Notes under the pieces: generated by a model | The model's input: the letters and a program-made list of their open reading frames with translations, nothing else | What the model was told of the DNA's origin: nothing | Databases searched by the model: none | In this document: one piece after another, positions 19,983 through 28,374 of the stretch | Position numbering within the stretch: the stretch's first letter is position 1 | Layout of the letters: every line of letters begins with the position of its first letter | Translations under genes and position numbers: made by a program | Source of the DNA: a bacterium | Lineage (GTDB): Bacteria; Patescibacteriota; Minisyncoccia; Ryanbacterales; GWA2-47-10b | NCBI GenBank assembly: GCA_027624915.1 | Contig: JAQBTR010000001.1 | Coordinates: forward strand, 35,609 to 99,608 | Direction of reading: 5' to 3' | Length of the DNA: 64,000 nucleotides

Positions 19983-20536
19983 TGAACAACGAAGTTCATC
20001 CAAACAGGATCCTTTTTTATTTTATAGCGCTAAGTGCGATACTTCTTTTAGGTGTCTACTGGTACTCCCAGATGTATGTCATCGAAGAAGAAAATCTTTT
20101 GATTGATACGGTTAACAGCGTAGCCCCACCCGGAAGTATTTCAGACGATACTCAAAATTGGGAAACCTACCGCAACGAAGAATTTGGGTTTGAGTTAGTT
20201 TTCGGAGATGATTGGGGCGGGTATAAGATTGTGGAAAAAAGATATGATGGCGGTGTAGTTGGTTTTCTTTTCTGTCTACCTACACTACAAGAAAACTATC
20301 CTGATTCTGGTTGCGTTGAGGAGGAGATATATAGTGGATATGCCTCAGTGTTTTATTTGGTTTTAACTCCACGAAATGATTGGGTTGAGCCTGGAGATGA
20401 ACCAGGAGCGTCGTATTTAGATGAGAATGCGACTTATGTTGCTGCAATTGCGGGGCCACACGATATTCCAGACGACCTTATGGTTCAGTATATGGACAGA
20501 GAAAAAGTTATAAAAACCTTCAAGTTTATCCAATAG
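19982..20536 (+). CDS. Membrane-anchored hypothetical protein, N-terminal paralog of the preceding ORF.
   Basis: TM helix followed by WYSQMYVIEEEN, then a ~140-aa extracytoplasmic domain. Confidence 0.55.
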   Translation: MNNEVHPNRILFYFIALSAILLLGVYWYSQMYVIEEENLLIDTVNSVAPPGSISDDTQNWETYRNEEFGFELVFGDDWGGYKIVEKRYDGGVVGFLFCLPTLQENYPDSGCVEEEIYSGYASVFYLVLTPRNDWVEPGDEPGASYLDENATYVAAIAGPHDIPDDLMVQYMDREKVIKTFKFIQ

Positions 20537-20587
20537 CCGGCTTCAAAATTTATCCACAAGAGGTCATGGGGGCAGGCTTGATACATA

Positions 20588-20615
20588 CACTACTACGATA
20601 TATCGTAGTAGTGTA
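20588..20615. promoter_or_regulatory. Perfect 28-bp palindrome acactactacgatatatcgtagtagtgt abutting the start codon of the TrpR-like gene; putative operator.
   Basis: The same 22-bp core, ctactacgatatatcgtagtag, recurs at 21047-21068. Confidence 0.55.
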
Positions 20616-21022
20616 TGCCGCATATTTCCCAAAAACAACTCAGCAAAAAGGTTCAAAAACGTATCTCTCAACAGTTTTTTGAGACCCTTTATGATCTAAA
20701 GTCTCGAGAGGATTTTATTGGTTTCTTAAATGAACTGTTAACTGAAACCGAGCAACTCATGCTCATGAAACGTATGGCTCTCATTGTGATGACCGAGCGA
20801 AATATTCCCTTCAAAGTTATTGAAAAGACTCTTCATATGAGTCCTGACACCATAGCGCGTTATTGGAAACGCTCAAAAACAAAAGAGCATAAAATAATTA
20901 TGAGACGTCTTAATAAAGAAAGCGTGTGGGGTGAACTGTGTGACGACATAGAGAGAGCCCTTCTTTTTGGAATGCCATCTAGGAGTATGAAGCAGCGAAG
21001 GCGACTTGGGCGACCTCTGTAA
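20615..21022 (+). CDS. TrpR/YerC-like helix-turn-helix DNA-binding protein.
   Basis: ...FIGFLNELLTETEQLMLMKRMALIVMTERNIPFKVIEKTLHMSPDTIARYWKRS... aligns by eye to TrpR ...[25 protein letters not shown]...IATITRGS. Confidence 0.55.
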   Translation: MPHISQKQLSKKVQKRISQQFFETLYDLKSREDFIGFLNELLTETEQLMLMKRMALIVMTERNIPFKVIEKTLHMSPDTIARYWKRSKTKEHKIIMRRLNKESVWGELCDDIERALLFGMPSRSMKQRRRLGRPL

Positions 21023-21046
21023 TTACTTTATTGTCGCATGAACCAT

Positions 21047-21068
21047 AACATCTACTACGATATATCGT
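21047..21068. promoter_or_regulatory. Second copy of the palindrome ctactacgatatatcgtagtag, ~50 nt upstream of the nuclease gene.
   Basis: Identical 22-bp perfect palindrome; could also act as an RNA hairpin. Confidence 0.55.
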
Positions 21069-21119
21069 AGTAGTCTTGTTATACGTTTACAGCGGCAGTG
21101 GCGGGTATATACTGATGGA

Positions 21120-21932
21120 ATGCAATATGAGGGACCGGATGATTTTAAGGAGCAGAACGGTTACGAGGTGAATGGCACATGGTATCCTCGCGTAACACGC
21201 ATTTTGGATGTTATACCAAAGCCCGCCTTAAAATATTTTTTCCGCGAGATGGGTTCGCAAGAGGCGGCAGACAAAGTTACCAAAAAATCTGCAGAAGAAG
21301 GAACTTTAGTACATGAAATGTGTCAGAGCCTGGCAGTTGGTGAGAATGTGCACGTACCTGAGTCTGTAGCACCATCCGTTTTTGCCTTCTATGACTTTTA
21401 CAAAAAGAATAATATCCACTTTCACCCAGAGTTTATAGAAAAGACTATTTGGTCAGTAGAGCATAAGTACGCAGGCACCATCGACGCACTCGCCGAAATA
21501 GACGGCAAATTTGGTGTGTTGGATATTAAGACCTCAACTGGCGTTTTTGATACGTATGGATATCAAACAGCCGCTTATATGCAGGCATTAGTCGAAGAAT
21601 CGGTGCACAAAGCATTAGCGTTACCTCGTCAGGTAGAAAAGCGTTGGATACTGCGAATTGATCAACATCGGTTATGTCGTTTGTGCAGCGCGCGCCTTCG
21701 TGAAAAGGGGGGACGCAAAAAAATCCGAAACGCATATTCACAAAAAGCAAAAGTATGTGACCACTCATGGACCGAACCCATGGGTGAGGTACAACTCCAC
21801 TGGCTTGATAGCAAAAACGTTGATAACAATTATTATGAATATCTGAGGGACGCGAATCAGTTTAATGACGCAAAAGCAAAGTGGACACATCAAAATCGTT
21901 ATTGGCTAGAACAAATAGGATATTTTTCATGA
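21120..21932 (+). CDS. RecB-family PD-(D/E)XK nuclease (Cas4/lambda-exonuclease-like), stand-alone.
   Basis: Motif I YPRVTRIL; II/III GTIDAL...VLDIKTS; QxxxY YGYQTAAYMQAL; Cys residues at MCQ, CRLC and VCDH may form a metal/FeS site. Confidence 0.6.
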   Translation: MQYEGPDDFKEQNGYEVNGTWYPRVTRILDVIPKPALKYFFREMGSQEAADKVTKKSAEEGTLVHEMCQSLAVGENVHVPESVAPSVFAFYDFYKKNNIHFHPEFIEKTIWSVEHKYAGTIDALAEIDGKFGVLDIKTSTGVFDTYGYQTAAYMQALVEESVHKALALPRQVEKRWILRIDQHRLCRLCSARLREKGGRKKIRNAYSQKAKVCDHSWTEPMGEVQLHWLDSKNVDNNYYEYLRDANQFNDAKAKWTHQNRYWLEQIGYFS

Positions 21933-22369
21933 GTAAAGAAAAACTGATCATTTACACAGATGGCGGGTCGAGAGGAAATCCTGGGCCTTCGGCTCTTGGT
22001 GTGTCCATCAAAGACTCAAGCGGCAAGATACTCAGAGAGTTTGGCGAGACGCTTGGCCGGCGCACCAACAACGAAGCAGAGTATGAAGCGATTGTGGCGG
22101 GACTCAAAAAAGCAAAAGCTATGCTTGGCAAGACAAAGGCCAAGAAGATGACGATTGATATGCGCATGGACTCTGAACTCGCATGCCGCCAACTCAACCA
22201 TATTTACAAGGTAGAAAATGAAAAAATTATTCCACTCTTCTTGCAGATTTGGAACTTGATGCTTGATTTTGGTGAAGTTACATTTACCCACGTGTTGCGA
22301 GACAAAAACAAAGACGCAGATCGTATGGTAAATGAGGCACTTGATGGTGAGCAAGGGACGCTGCTCTAG
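21929..22369 (+). CDS. rnhA: Ribonuclease HI. Start set to the ATG at 21929, which overlaps the nuclease stop (ATGA).
   Basis: IYTDGGSRGNPGPSALG, TNNEAEYEA, DSELACRQL and ...RDKNKDADRMVNEAL RNase H catalytic motifs. Confidence 0.85.
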   Translation: MSKEKLIIYTDGGSRGNPGPSALGVSIKDSSGKILREFGETLGRRTNNEAEYEAIVAGLKKAKAMLGKTKAKKMTIDMRMDSELACRQLNHIYKVENEKIIPLFLQIWNLMLDFGEVTFTHVLRDKNKDADRMVNEALDGEQGTLL

Positions 22370-22380
22370 AGCGCATTTTA

Positions 22381-22410
22381 AAAAACACCCCGCCTTGGCG
22401 GGGTGTTTTT
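22381..22410. terminator. Bidirectional terminator caccccgcc-tt-ggcggggtg flanked by an A-run and a T-run, between rnhA (+) and the 64-aa ORF (-).
   Basis: GC-rich stem followed by tttttt; A-run upstream serves the opposite strand. Confidence 0.65.
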
Positions 22411-22604
22411 TATTTGATATGTTCTTTGATGAGGGATGAGAGTTCGTTTATGTGATCCTCTTTGTCTTTGGCGAGTTTTTCCCAAATGCCCTTGCACCCA
22501 GAACAGTCCCCAGCGTCTTTTGTATATTCATTTTTAATTCTCCAGAGACTTTTGTGCTCCTCAGTCATTTGAAGCATGAGGTTATACGCATGATTGTCAA
22601 ACAT
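22410..22604 (-). CDS. Small hypothetical protein of 64 aa.
   Basis: ORF with a terminator at its 3' end; contains a CSGCKG motif. No clear RBS. Confidence 0.4.
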   Translation of the reverse strand: MFDNHAYNLMLQMTEEHKSLWRIKNEYTKDAGDCSGCKGIWEKLAKDKEDHINELSSLIKEHIK

Positions 22605-22655
22605 GATATTTATTGTTAGGAATATTGATAATACAAGTAGTATACCACTTTAAAT

Positions 22656-23648
22656 ATGCGGGCACATTATGTTATTCTCGCGCTCATTGCGGGGATTTCA
22701 TTTCCAGTTTCAATAGATATTAGAATTCCGTCGGTAATTGCCGGGGTTCTTATCGCACTTTCTTTTTGGCGACCCGAGCTACGACTATGGGCAGGGGTCG
22801 CTACAGCCTTTGTTTTAGGGGTATTACGCGCTTCATTCGGCCCGTGGGAGCTTTGGTTTGTTGGTGATATACGTATATTGCTGGAGGCTATGCGTGACAT
22901 ATTTGCCGCTCGAATTTCGCTTATATTGCCAGAACCCCATGCTTCATATTTAAATGGTCTTTTGTTAGGGCTTCGTGGTGATATTCCTATTGCAATACGC
23001 GACGCATTTCGTGATACAGGAACAAGCCACCTCATCGCGCTTTCTGGTTATAACGTAACCATTATTACTTCATACTTAGGAAAGATATTTTCTGGGTTTT
23101 GGGTGCCAGTCGTTGGAGTTGTTTTGTTTGTGTTGGGTACTGGTGCTCAAAGCTCTTTAGTGCGAGCAGCACTCATGGGTATATTGGTTCTGGGTGCTCA
23201 AAAGTTAGGGAAAAAATATACACCAACACGTGCGCTTCTTTTGGCAGCAACCCTCATGATTTTGTTTGAGCCTACAATTCTTTTTGAAGATGTTGGATTT
23301 CAGTTGTCGGTTGCCGCAACTGCGGGACTTATATATCTGACACCGATGATTGAACCGTATTTTAAATGGCTTACTAATAAGTGGTCAGTTCGCGAATCAC
23401 TTGTTGTGACATTGGCGGCGCAAGCAGCTACCTTTCCAATTATCTTTTATTATTTTGGTTCGCCATCACTATGGTCGCCATTCGTAAATGTGTTAGTTAT
23501 CGTAACGATACCGGCTGTGATGTTTTTTGGTTTTGTAGCTGGCGTTGCTGCATTTGTGCACACAACAATCGGTATTATTGCGGTGAGTCCAGCCTATGCG
23601 CTACTTTTATACCAGCTTTTTATTATTGAGTTTTTCGCGAAGCTGTAG
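22656..23648 (+). CDS. comEC: ComEC/Rec2 competence (DNA-channel) domain protein, encoded on its own without OB or MBL domains.
   Basis: ...EPHASYLNGLLLGLRGDIPIAIRDAFRDTGTSHLIALSGYNVTII... matches the Competence-domain signature; ~8 TM segments. Confidence 0.75.
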   Translation: MRAHYVILALIAGISFPVSIDIRIPSVIAGVLIALSFWRPELRLWAGVATAFVLGVLRASFGPWELWFVGDIRILLEAMRDIFAARISLILPEPHASYLNGLLLGLRGDIPIAIRDAFRDTGTSHLIALSGYNVTIITSYLGKIFSGFWVPVVGVVLFVLGTGAQSSLVRAALMGILVLGAQKLGKKYTPTRALLLAATLMILFEPTILFEDVGFQLSVAATAGLIYLTPMIEPYFKWLTNKWSVRESLVVTLAAQAATFPIIFYYFGSPSLWSPFVNVLVIVTIPAVMFFGFVAGVAAFVHTTIGIIAVSPAYALLLYQLFIIEFFAKL

Positions 23649-24843
23649 GGTGTGCAAAGTCTAGGTCGCGCGCTCTAATGAGGTTAAACGCAATTGCGGC
23701 GATAGCGGCAAAAACAAAACTCCAATTAAGCGAAACCAAGAGAGAGACCCCAATAATGATAAGTGCAATCAAGACCTTACCAAAATTTAGAGCCATTTCT
23801 TTGATGACGGTATATTCGTCCACATAGTGTCCTTCGTCAGCTGCCATTTCGTAATCGAGCGTAAGAAAAGGAGTTTGCGCGAAGATTTGTACAACACGAT
23901 GATAGACGCCGGCGATAAAAATATGAAATGCGGTCAGTATAAAAATTTTGAAAATCCACCCAAAGGCATAGAGCCAACTACCAAAGCCCAGCACCTTTTC
24001 TTTTCTGATATTCTTATCCATATATTTTCCAAGGGTGAGTTGAAGTATGACAGCAACACCGGTGATAAGTGTTGAGAGAGCACCCACCTGAAAGTAGTCT
24101 CCTTTAAGAAGTTGAAATATAAATATCGGCCACACAACAAAACCAAAAATATTTTCGGCACCGTGTGCGGCATAGGCCCAAAAGACACGGGTTTTCATAC
24201 TTTTGAAAAGCTCTTGCCATGTTTTTTTGACGGACCAGCTAAACTTTTCTTTTGCATGAGGAACTGCAGTATATGCGAGCGAGGCCACAATAAACATGGC
24301 TATTCCAAGTAGGAATAAGACCTCAAATCCATAAAGGCTAATGATTACTCCAGAGATAAGTGGGATAAAGACACTCAAAATGAGTTGAAGCGCGATAAGT
24401 GCTGATAGTTCTCGACCCCTACTTTCACGATCGGTAAACTTTGCCATGTCTATGTGGTAGGGAAGCCAATAGAGAAGCCTAAATAGAGTAAGTGCCGCAA
24501 TCGTCAGCGGGATAATATAGAGAATGTTTTCTTTGTTTGCAAAGTAAAAAAGTCCATAAAAGATTGAGCTTGCGTACATACTTATAATAAGCGCCCTTCG
24601 AAATCCAAAGGTATTGAGCTTGATGGCAATAAAAGGGACAGAGATGGCGTATAAGAATTGACCAACTGCCATATAGAGCACGACCAAAATAAAACTTTCA
24701 TTGAGAAGTTCATAAAGAAAAATGGGGAGAAAAAGCCCCATGAGTCCAAACCCAAGGGCGGTGATAGTCCGAGCAATAGTAAGTGACACAAATGCTGGAG
24801 AAACGGATTTGTCGAAATATGTCATTTGTATTGGGAAGTGCAT
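23623..24843 (-). CDS. Major facilitator superfamily transporter.
   Basis: 406 aa; 12 predicted TM helices; MFS-like loop motif FGFRRALI. Confidence 0.7.
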   Translation of the reverse strand: MHFPIQMTYFDKSVSPAFVSLTIARTITALGFGLMGLFLPIFLYELLNESFILVVLYMAVGQFLYAISVPFIAIKLNTFGFRRALIISMYASSIFYGLFYFANKENILYIIPLTIAALTLFRLLYWLPYHIDMAKFTDRESRGRELSALIALQLILSVFIPLISGVIISLYGFEVLFLLGIAMFIVASLAYTAVPHAKEKFSWSVKKTWQELFKSMKTRVFWAYAAHGAENIFGFVVWPIFIFQLLKGDYFQVGALSTLITGVAVILQLTLGKYMDKNIRKEKVLGFGSWLYAFGWIFKIFILTAFHIFIAGVYHRVVQIFAQTPFLTLDYEMAADEGHYVDEYTVIKEMALNFGKVLIALIIIGVSLLVSLNWSFVFAAIAAIAFNLIRARDLDFAHPTASRKTQ

Positions 24844-24927
24844 ATTAGCTATTGTACTACAGTTGGCTTGATTTTATCGGGGTCTTTGGGCTAGTTTTAA
24901 TACAGAGGTTAAGGGGCGGAGGGCCTT

Positions 24928-25869
24928 ATGCATTCGTTTATGCGCGGACTACTTTTAGCTCCAATTTTTTTGTTGGCATGTGCACGAGTTGTTTCTCACG
25001 ATGACTTTTTGAGAACAGAACAACTTTCTCGTGATGTAAAGAAGTTTGGCGAGAGTATCGGTATAGATTCAACCAAAGTTCTTACAAAAAGCTACAAAAA
25101 AGGAGAACGTGTATTTTCCTTTATGTGGATTTGGGTTCAAAAAAACGGTGTTATTTCTGCTGAACTTGTAGATAGGGTATATATAAAAATTGAGGGTCTC
25201 GTTGAAGACACCAACCCTCTCGAGCACCCAAGGGTAAAAAAGACGTTTCTAAAATATTCATCAGGATACAGTCTTTTTTATAGGCATGAAAATCAGAGTT
25301 CGTCCACCGATTCTTTGATAACACCTAGCTTTGTACGAGAAAGACAAAGACGACAGGTTGAAGTAATTCTCCATGAAGACCTACACCACAGTGTAGGGGC
25401 GCCGTACAGGATAGATGAGTCTATTTCGACGGCACTCGGTCATTTGGCAACGGTCAAATTTTTTGAAAATATTGGAGATGCGACCGGTCTCGAAGAGGCT
25501 AAAAGTCAGCTTCGAGCAACTTGTCGCGGGCCAAGCAGAGACCTTAATACTTTTGTTGTGCGGGCGAGACGCCTGTTTGCTACATTTCCACTCAAAGAAG
25601 CTCGCTCTCGCATCAGGTCAATGATACGCTCATATCCTTCGTACTATAGATACCGATGGCCCATAACAAAAGATGGGTCTCCAGTTGAAGCCATGTTAAG
25701 CCACGACCTTGTGTATTTAAAATACTGCGACAGTATTGTTGAACTCTATGAACATACGGGTGGGGATCTAAAGTCTATCATTACTTTTGTTCGGACAATA
25801 CCGGATGAAATAACAGACGAAGAGTTTGAAGACCTGCTTCTATCATTTAGAGTATCATATGTCCGGTAA
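24928..25869 (+). CDS. Putative lipoprotein with an HEXXH zinc-peptidase motif.
   Basis: Signal peptide plus lipobox LLAC; ILHEDLHHSVG (HExxH). Confidence 0.45.
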   Translation: MHSFMRGLLLAPIFLLACARVVSHDDFLRTEQLSRDVKKFGESIGIDSTKVLTKSYKKGERVFSFMWIWVQKNGVISAELVDRVYIKIEGLVEDTNPLEHPRVKKTFLKYSSGYSLFYRHENQSSSTDSLITPSFVRERQRRQVEVILHEDLHHSVGAPYRIDESISTALGHLATVKFFENIGDATGLEEAKSQLRATCRGPSRDLNTFVVRARRLFATFPLKEARSRIRSMIRSYPSYYRYRWPITKDGSPVEAMLSHDLVYLKYCDSIVELYEHTGGDLKSIITFVRTIPDEITDEEFEDLLLSFRVSYVR

Positions 25870-25893
25870 CATCTGTTACCGGTTTTTGTTTGC
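25864..25893 (+). terminator. Terminator ccggtaac-atct-gttaccgg followed by tttttgtttg.
   Basis: Perfect 8-bp stem overlapping the stop codon, then a T-rich tract. Confidence 0.6.
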
Positions 25894-25924
25894 AGAAAAC
25901 AAAAACCCCAGCTAACATGCATTC

Positions 25925-26779
25925 ATGTTTTCCCGCCTCCAGAAGTTTGTGTTAATCGCCCTCACCCTAGGAGCGTTTTTTGTTTGGAATACAATTTTTA
26001 CTCAAGACTCTGGATTATTAAAAGTTGTGTTTTTGGATGTGGGACAGGGGGATGCGACTTTTATTGAAACTCCATCAGGTAATCAGGTTTTGGTTGATGG
26101 AGGGTATGGACGAAAGGTTTTATCAGAACTTGGACGTGTTATGTCAGGTCATGACCGCACCATTGATGTTTTGATAGCAACACATACAGATAGTGATCAT
26201 CTCGGAGGACTCGTTGAGGTTTTAAATAGGTACGAAGTAACCACTGTTATTGATAATGGATTCAAAGCAGAGTCCGGCGTCTACAAAGAATGGGAGCGCC
26301 TACTTGTAGAAAAAAATATAAAACGAATAATAGCTAACTCGGGTGATGTTTTAGATTTGGGCGAAGGGGCTCTTCTAGAGATATTAAGCCCAACAGAAAA
26401 TGATAAAAATGATACGAGCGCCAACGATGTCATGGTTGTTTCAAGGCTTATATATGGCGAACATGAGTTTTTGTTAGCAGGAGACATTGAGCGCGGAGAT
26501 GAGCTTGCGCTTGCAAAATCCAACGCCGAGCTCAGTGCAGATGTTTTGAAGGTTGGTCATCATGGGTCCAAGACGTCTTCAACTAATCTATTTTTAAAAA
26601 GTGTTGCGCCAGTTTATACAGTAGTTTCTGTAGGGAATAAGAATATATATGGTCATCCAGACGAAGAGGTATTGAGAAGACTTGCGAGTCTTGGGGCAAC
26701 CATTTTTCGTACAGATACAGATGGAAGGATTGCATTCTTTTCAGATGGTTTTATTCTCGGGTTTGACCCCCCATACTAA
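25925..26779 (+). CDS. comEC: ComEC-type metallo-beta-lactamase domain protein (the C-terminal domain of ComEC) encoded separately.
   Basis: N-terminal TM; ...VVFLDVGQGDATFIETPSGNQVLVDGG...IATHTDSDHLGG...VGHHGSKTSS... ComEC-MBL pattern. Confidence 0.75.
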   Translation: MFSRLQKFVLIALTLGAFFVWNTIFTQDSGLLKVVFLDVGQGDATFIETPSGNQVLVDGGYGRKVLSELGRVMSGHDRTIDVLIATHTDSDHLGGLVEVLNRYEVTTVIDNGFKAESGVYKEWERLLVEKNIKRIIANSGDVLDLGEGALLEILSPTENDKNDTSANDVMVVSRLIYGEHEFLLAGDIERGDELALAKSNAELSADVLKVGHHGSKTSSTNLFLKSVAPVYTVVSVGNKNIYGHPDEEVLRRLASLGATIFRTDTDGRIAFFSDGFILGFDPPY

Positions 26780-26828
26780 TTATCACAATGTATTTTATGC
26801 GGTGCGCAGCACTTTTGCTAGGCCTTTT

Positions 26829-28166
26829 CTAACTCTGTTTATCTTTGAGTGGGAAGGTGACGATAAAACTCGAACCAGTTCCCTTTATAGATTCGACAAC
26901 AATATCTCCGTTCATAAGTTCAACAATTCGTTTTGTAATCCATAGACCAAGTCCTGTGCCACGAACCTTACTTGTTCGCTCATCTTTGATTCGTGAGAAC
27001 TTGTGGAACAGCTTCTTTTGGTCTTCACCAGATATTCCGATACCACTGTCGTGCACGCTTACCGCTAACTCATCTCGTGTAGTCTCAAGGTCAACAGTTA
27101 CACTTCCTTGAAGTGTGTACTTAACAGAGTTGGACACCATGTTAGTTATTATCTGACGGAAGCGCTCAGGGTCTATTGTTACAACACCAGAACTTTTATT
27201 AACGAGATCAAGTGTGAGCCCTTTTTCTTTGGCCTGTCCCTGGAACATGCTCACAATATTTTCAACAATATCAGCTGGGTCAATATCTTGGTTTTCCATC
27301 TTGAGTCGTCCAGATTCGATTCGTGAGACTTCGAGAATATCTTCAACAAGTTTGGCAAGTTGATCCGAGTGATTTTTTATTATTTCAATTTTGTCTTTGT
27401 CTGACGGGTCCCCCTTGAGTTCATCCGCATAACCTCTGATTAGGGTTAAGGGAGCGCGAAGTTCGTGAGAGGCAATAGAGATAAACTCGTCTTTGAGTTG
27501 GTTAAGTTCCGAAAGCCTCCTATAGAGAGCTGTATAGTCGACGATACGAGCATGACGAAGGATAAAGAGAACGATTACTGCAACGATTGCCGCTAAAATA
27601 ATATATGCAATTTGTATGTTGCGAGCACTAATACTATCTATGTGCTCCATGGAGATTTCGGTCATCAAAAATCCCGTAAGATTACCATCGTTGCTCAGGA
27701 TTGCGCGAAAGGCTTGCCAGTGTCGTATCCCGTCCTTAAATTTTTCTAGAATAAACGATTCCTCGAGATTTAGGCCAACGAGTCCATATTCTTGTGGGTA
27801 TTCTAAGTCTTCATTTCCAACCTCGTTTTTATTAAGTGAGGCAATAATAAATTGACTGTTACCAGTTTTTCGTAATACTCGAAAGGTGATGATGGAGTTG
27901 TTTTGTGAGCCGAGGCTTTCTATCCGTTCTTGTAAGAAATCTGGATCATCCAAAAACTCTGCAGCAAATGCAACAAACGTATCCTGCATAAGACCGATAC
28001 GATCTTTTTCAATTCGTTCCTGGTTTTTTTCGGCTACACTTAAGAAGTTTTGACCTGTGTATATAAAAGCGAGCGGAATCAAAATAGACAGCGATAATGT
28101 ATAGATAAGCTGTGGGTTTTGGCGGAGAAATTTTGTGCCGCGTTGTATACTGTCTTTTAAACTCAT
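26829..28166 (-). CDS. Two-component sensor histidine kinase.
   Basis: N-terminal TM, extracytoplasmic domain, second TM; HisKA box SHELRAPLT; HATPase_c with N, G1 (DSGIGI) and G2 (GTGLGL) boxes. Confidence 0.85.
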   Translation of the reverse strand: MSLKDSIQRGTKFLRQNPQLIYTLSLSILIPLAFIYTGQNFLSVAEKNQERIEKDRIGLMQDTFVAFAAEFLDDPDFLQERIESLGSQNNSIITFRVLRKTGNSQFIIASLNKNEVGNEDLEYPQEYGLVGLNLEESFILEKFKDGIRHWQAFRAILSNDGNLTGFLMTEISMEHIDSISARNIQIAYIILAAIVAVIVLFILRHARIVDYTALYRRLSELNQLKDEFISIASHELRAPLTLIRGYADELKGDPSDKDKIEIIKNHSDQLAKLVEDILEVSRIESGRLKMENQDIDPADIVENIVSMFQGQAKEKGLTLDLVNKSSGVVTIDPERFRQIITNMVSNSVKYTLQGSVTVDLETTRDELAVSVHDSGIGISGEDQKKLFHKFSRIKDERTSKVRGTGLGLWITKRIVELMNGDIVVESIKGTGSSFIVTFPLKDKQS

Positions 28167-28374
28167 CCCGTATGAAATAGGAAAGATCTCAAGCGCGACT
28201 CAAGCCCTCCCTGTATTAAGCAGTTACTGCTACCTTGTATATTTTGTAATATATTCATGATATTCCTTGAGATATTTCCGTTAGTTTTTCTAATGACTTT
28301 AATTTAAGTCACAGCTCCATAAGATTTGTATCTTTGTAGATTTCTTACGTGATGTATTTCGTACGGGACTCATA

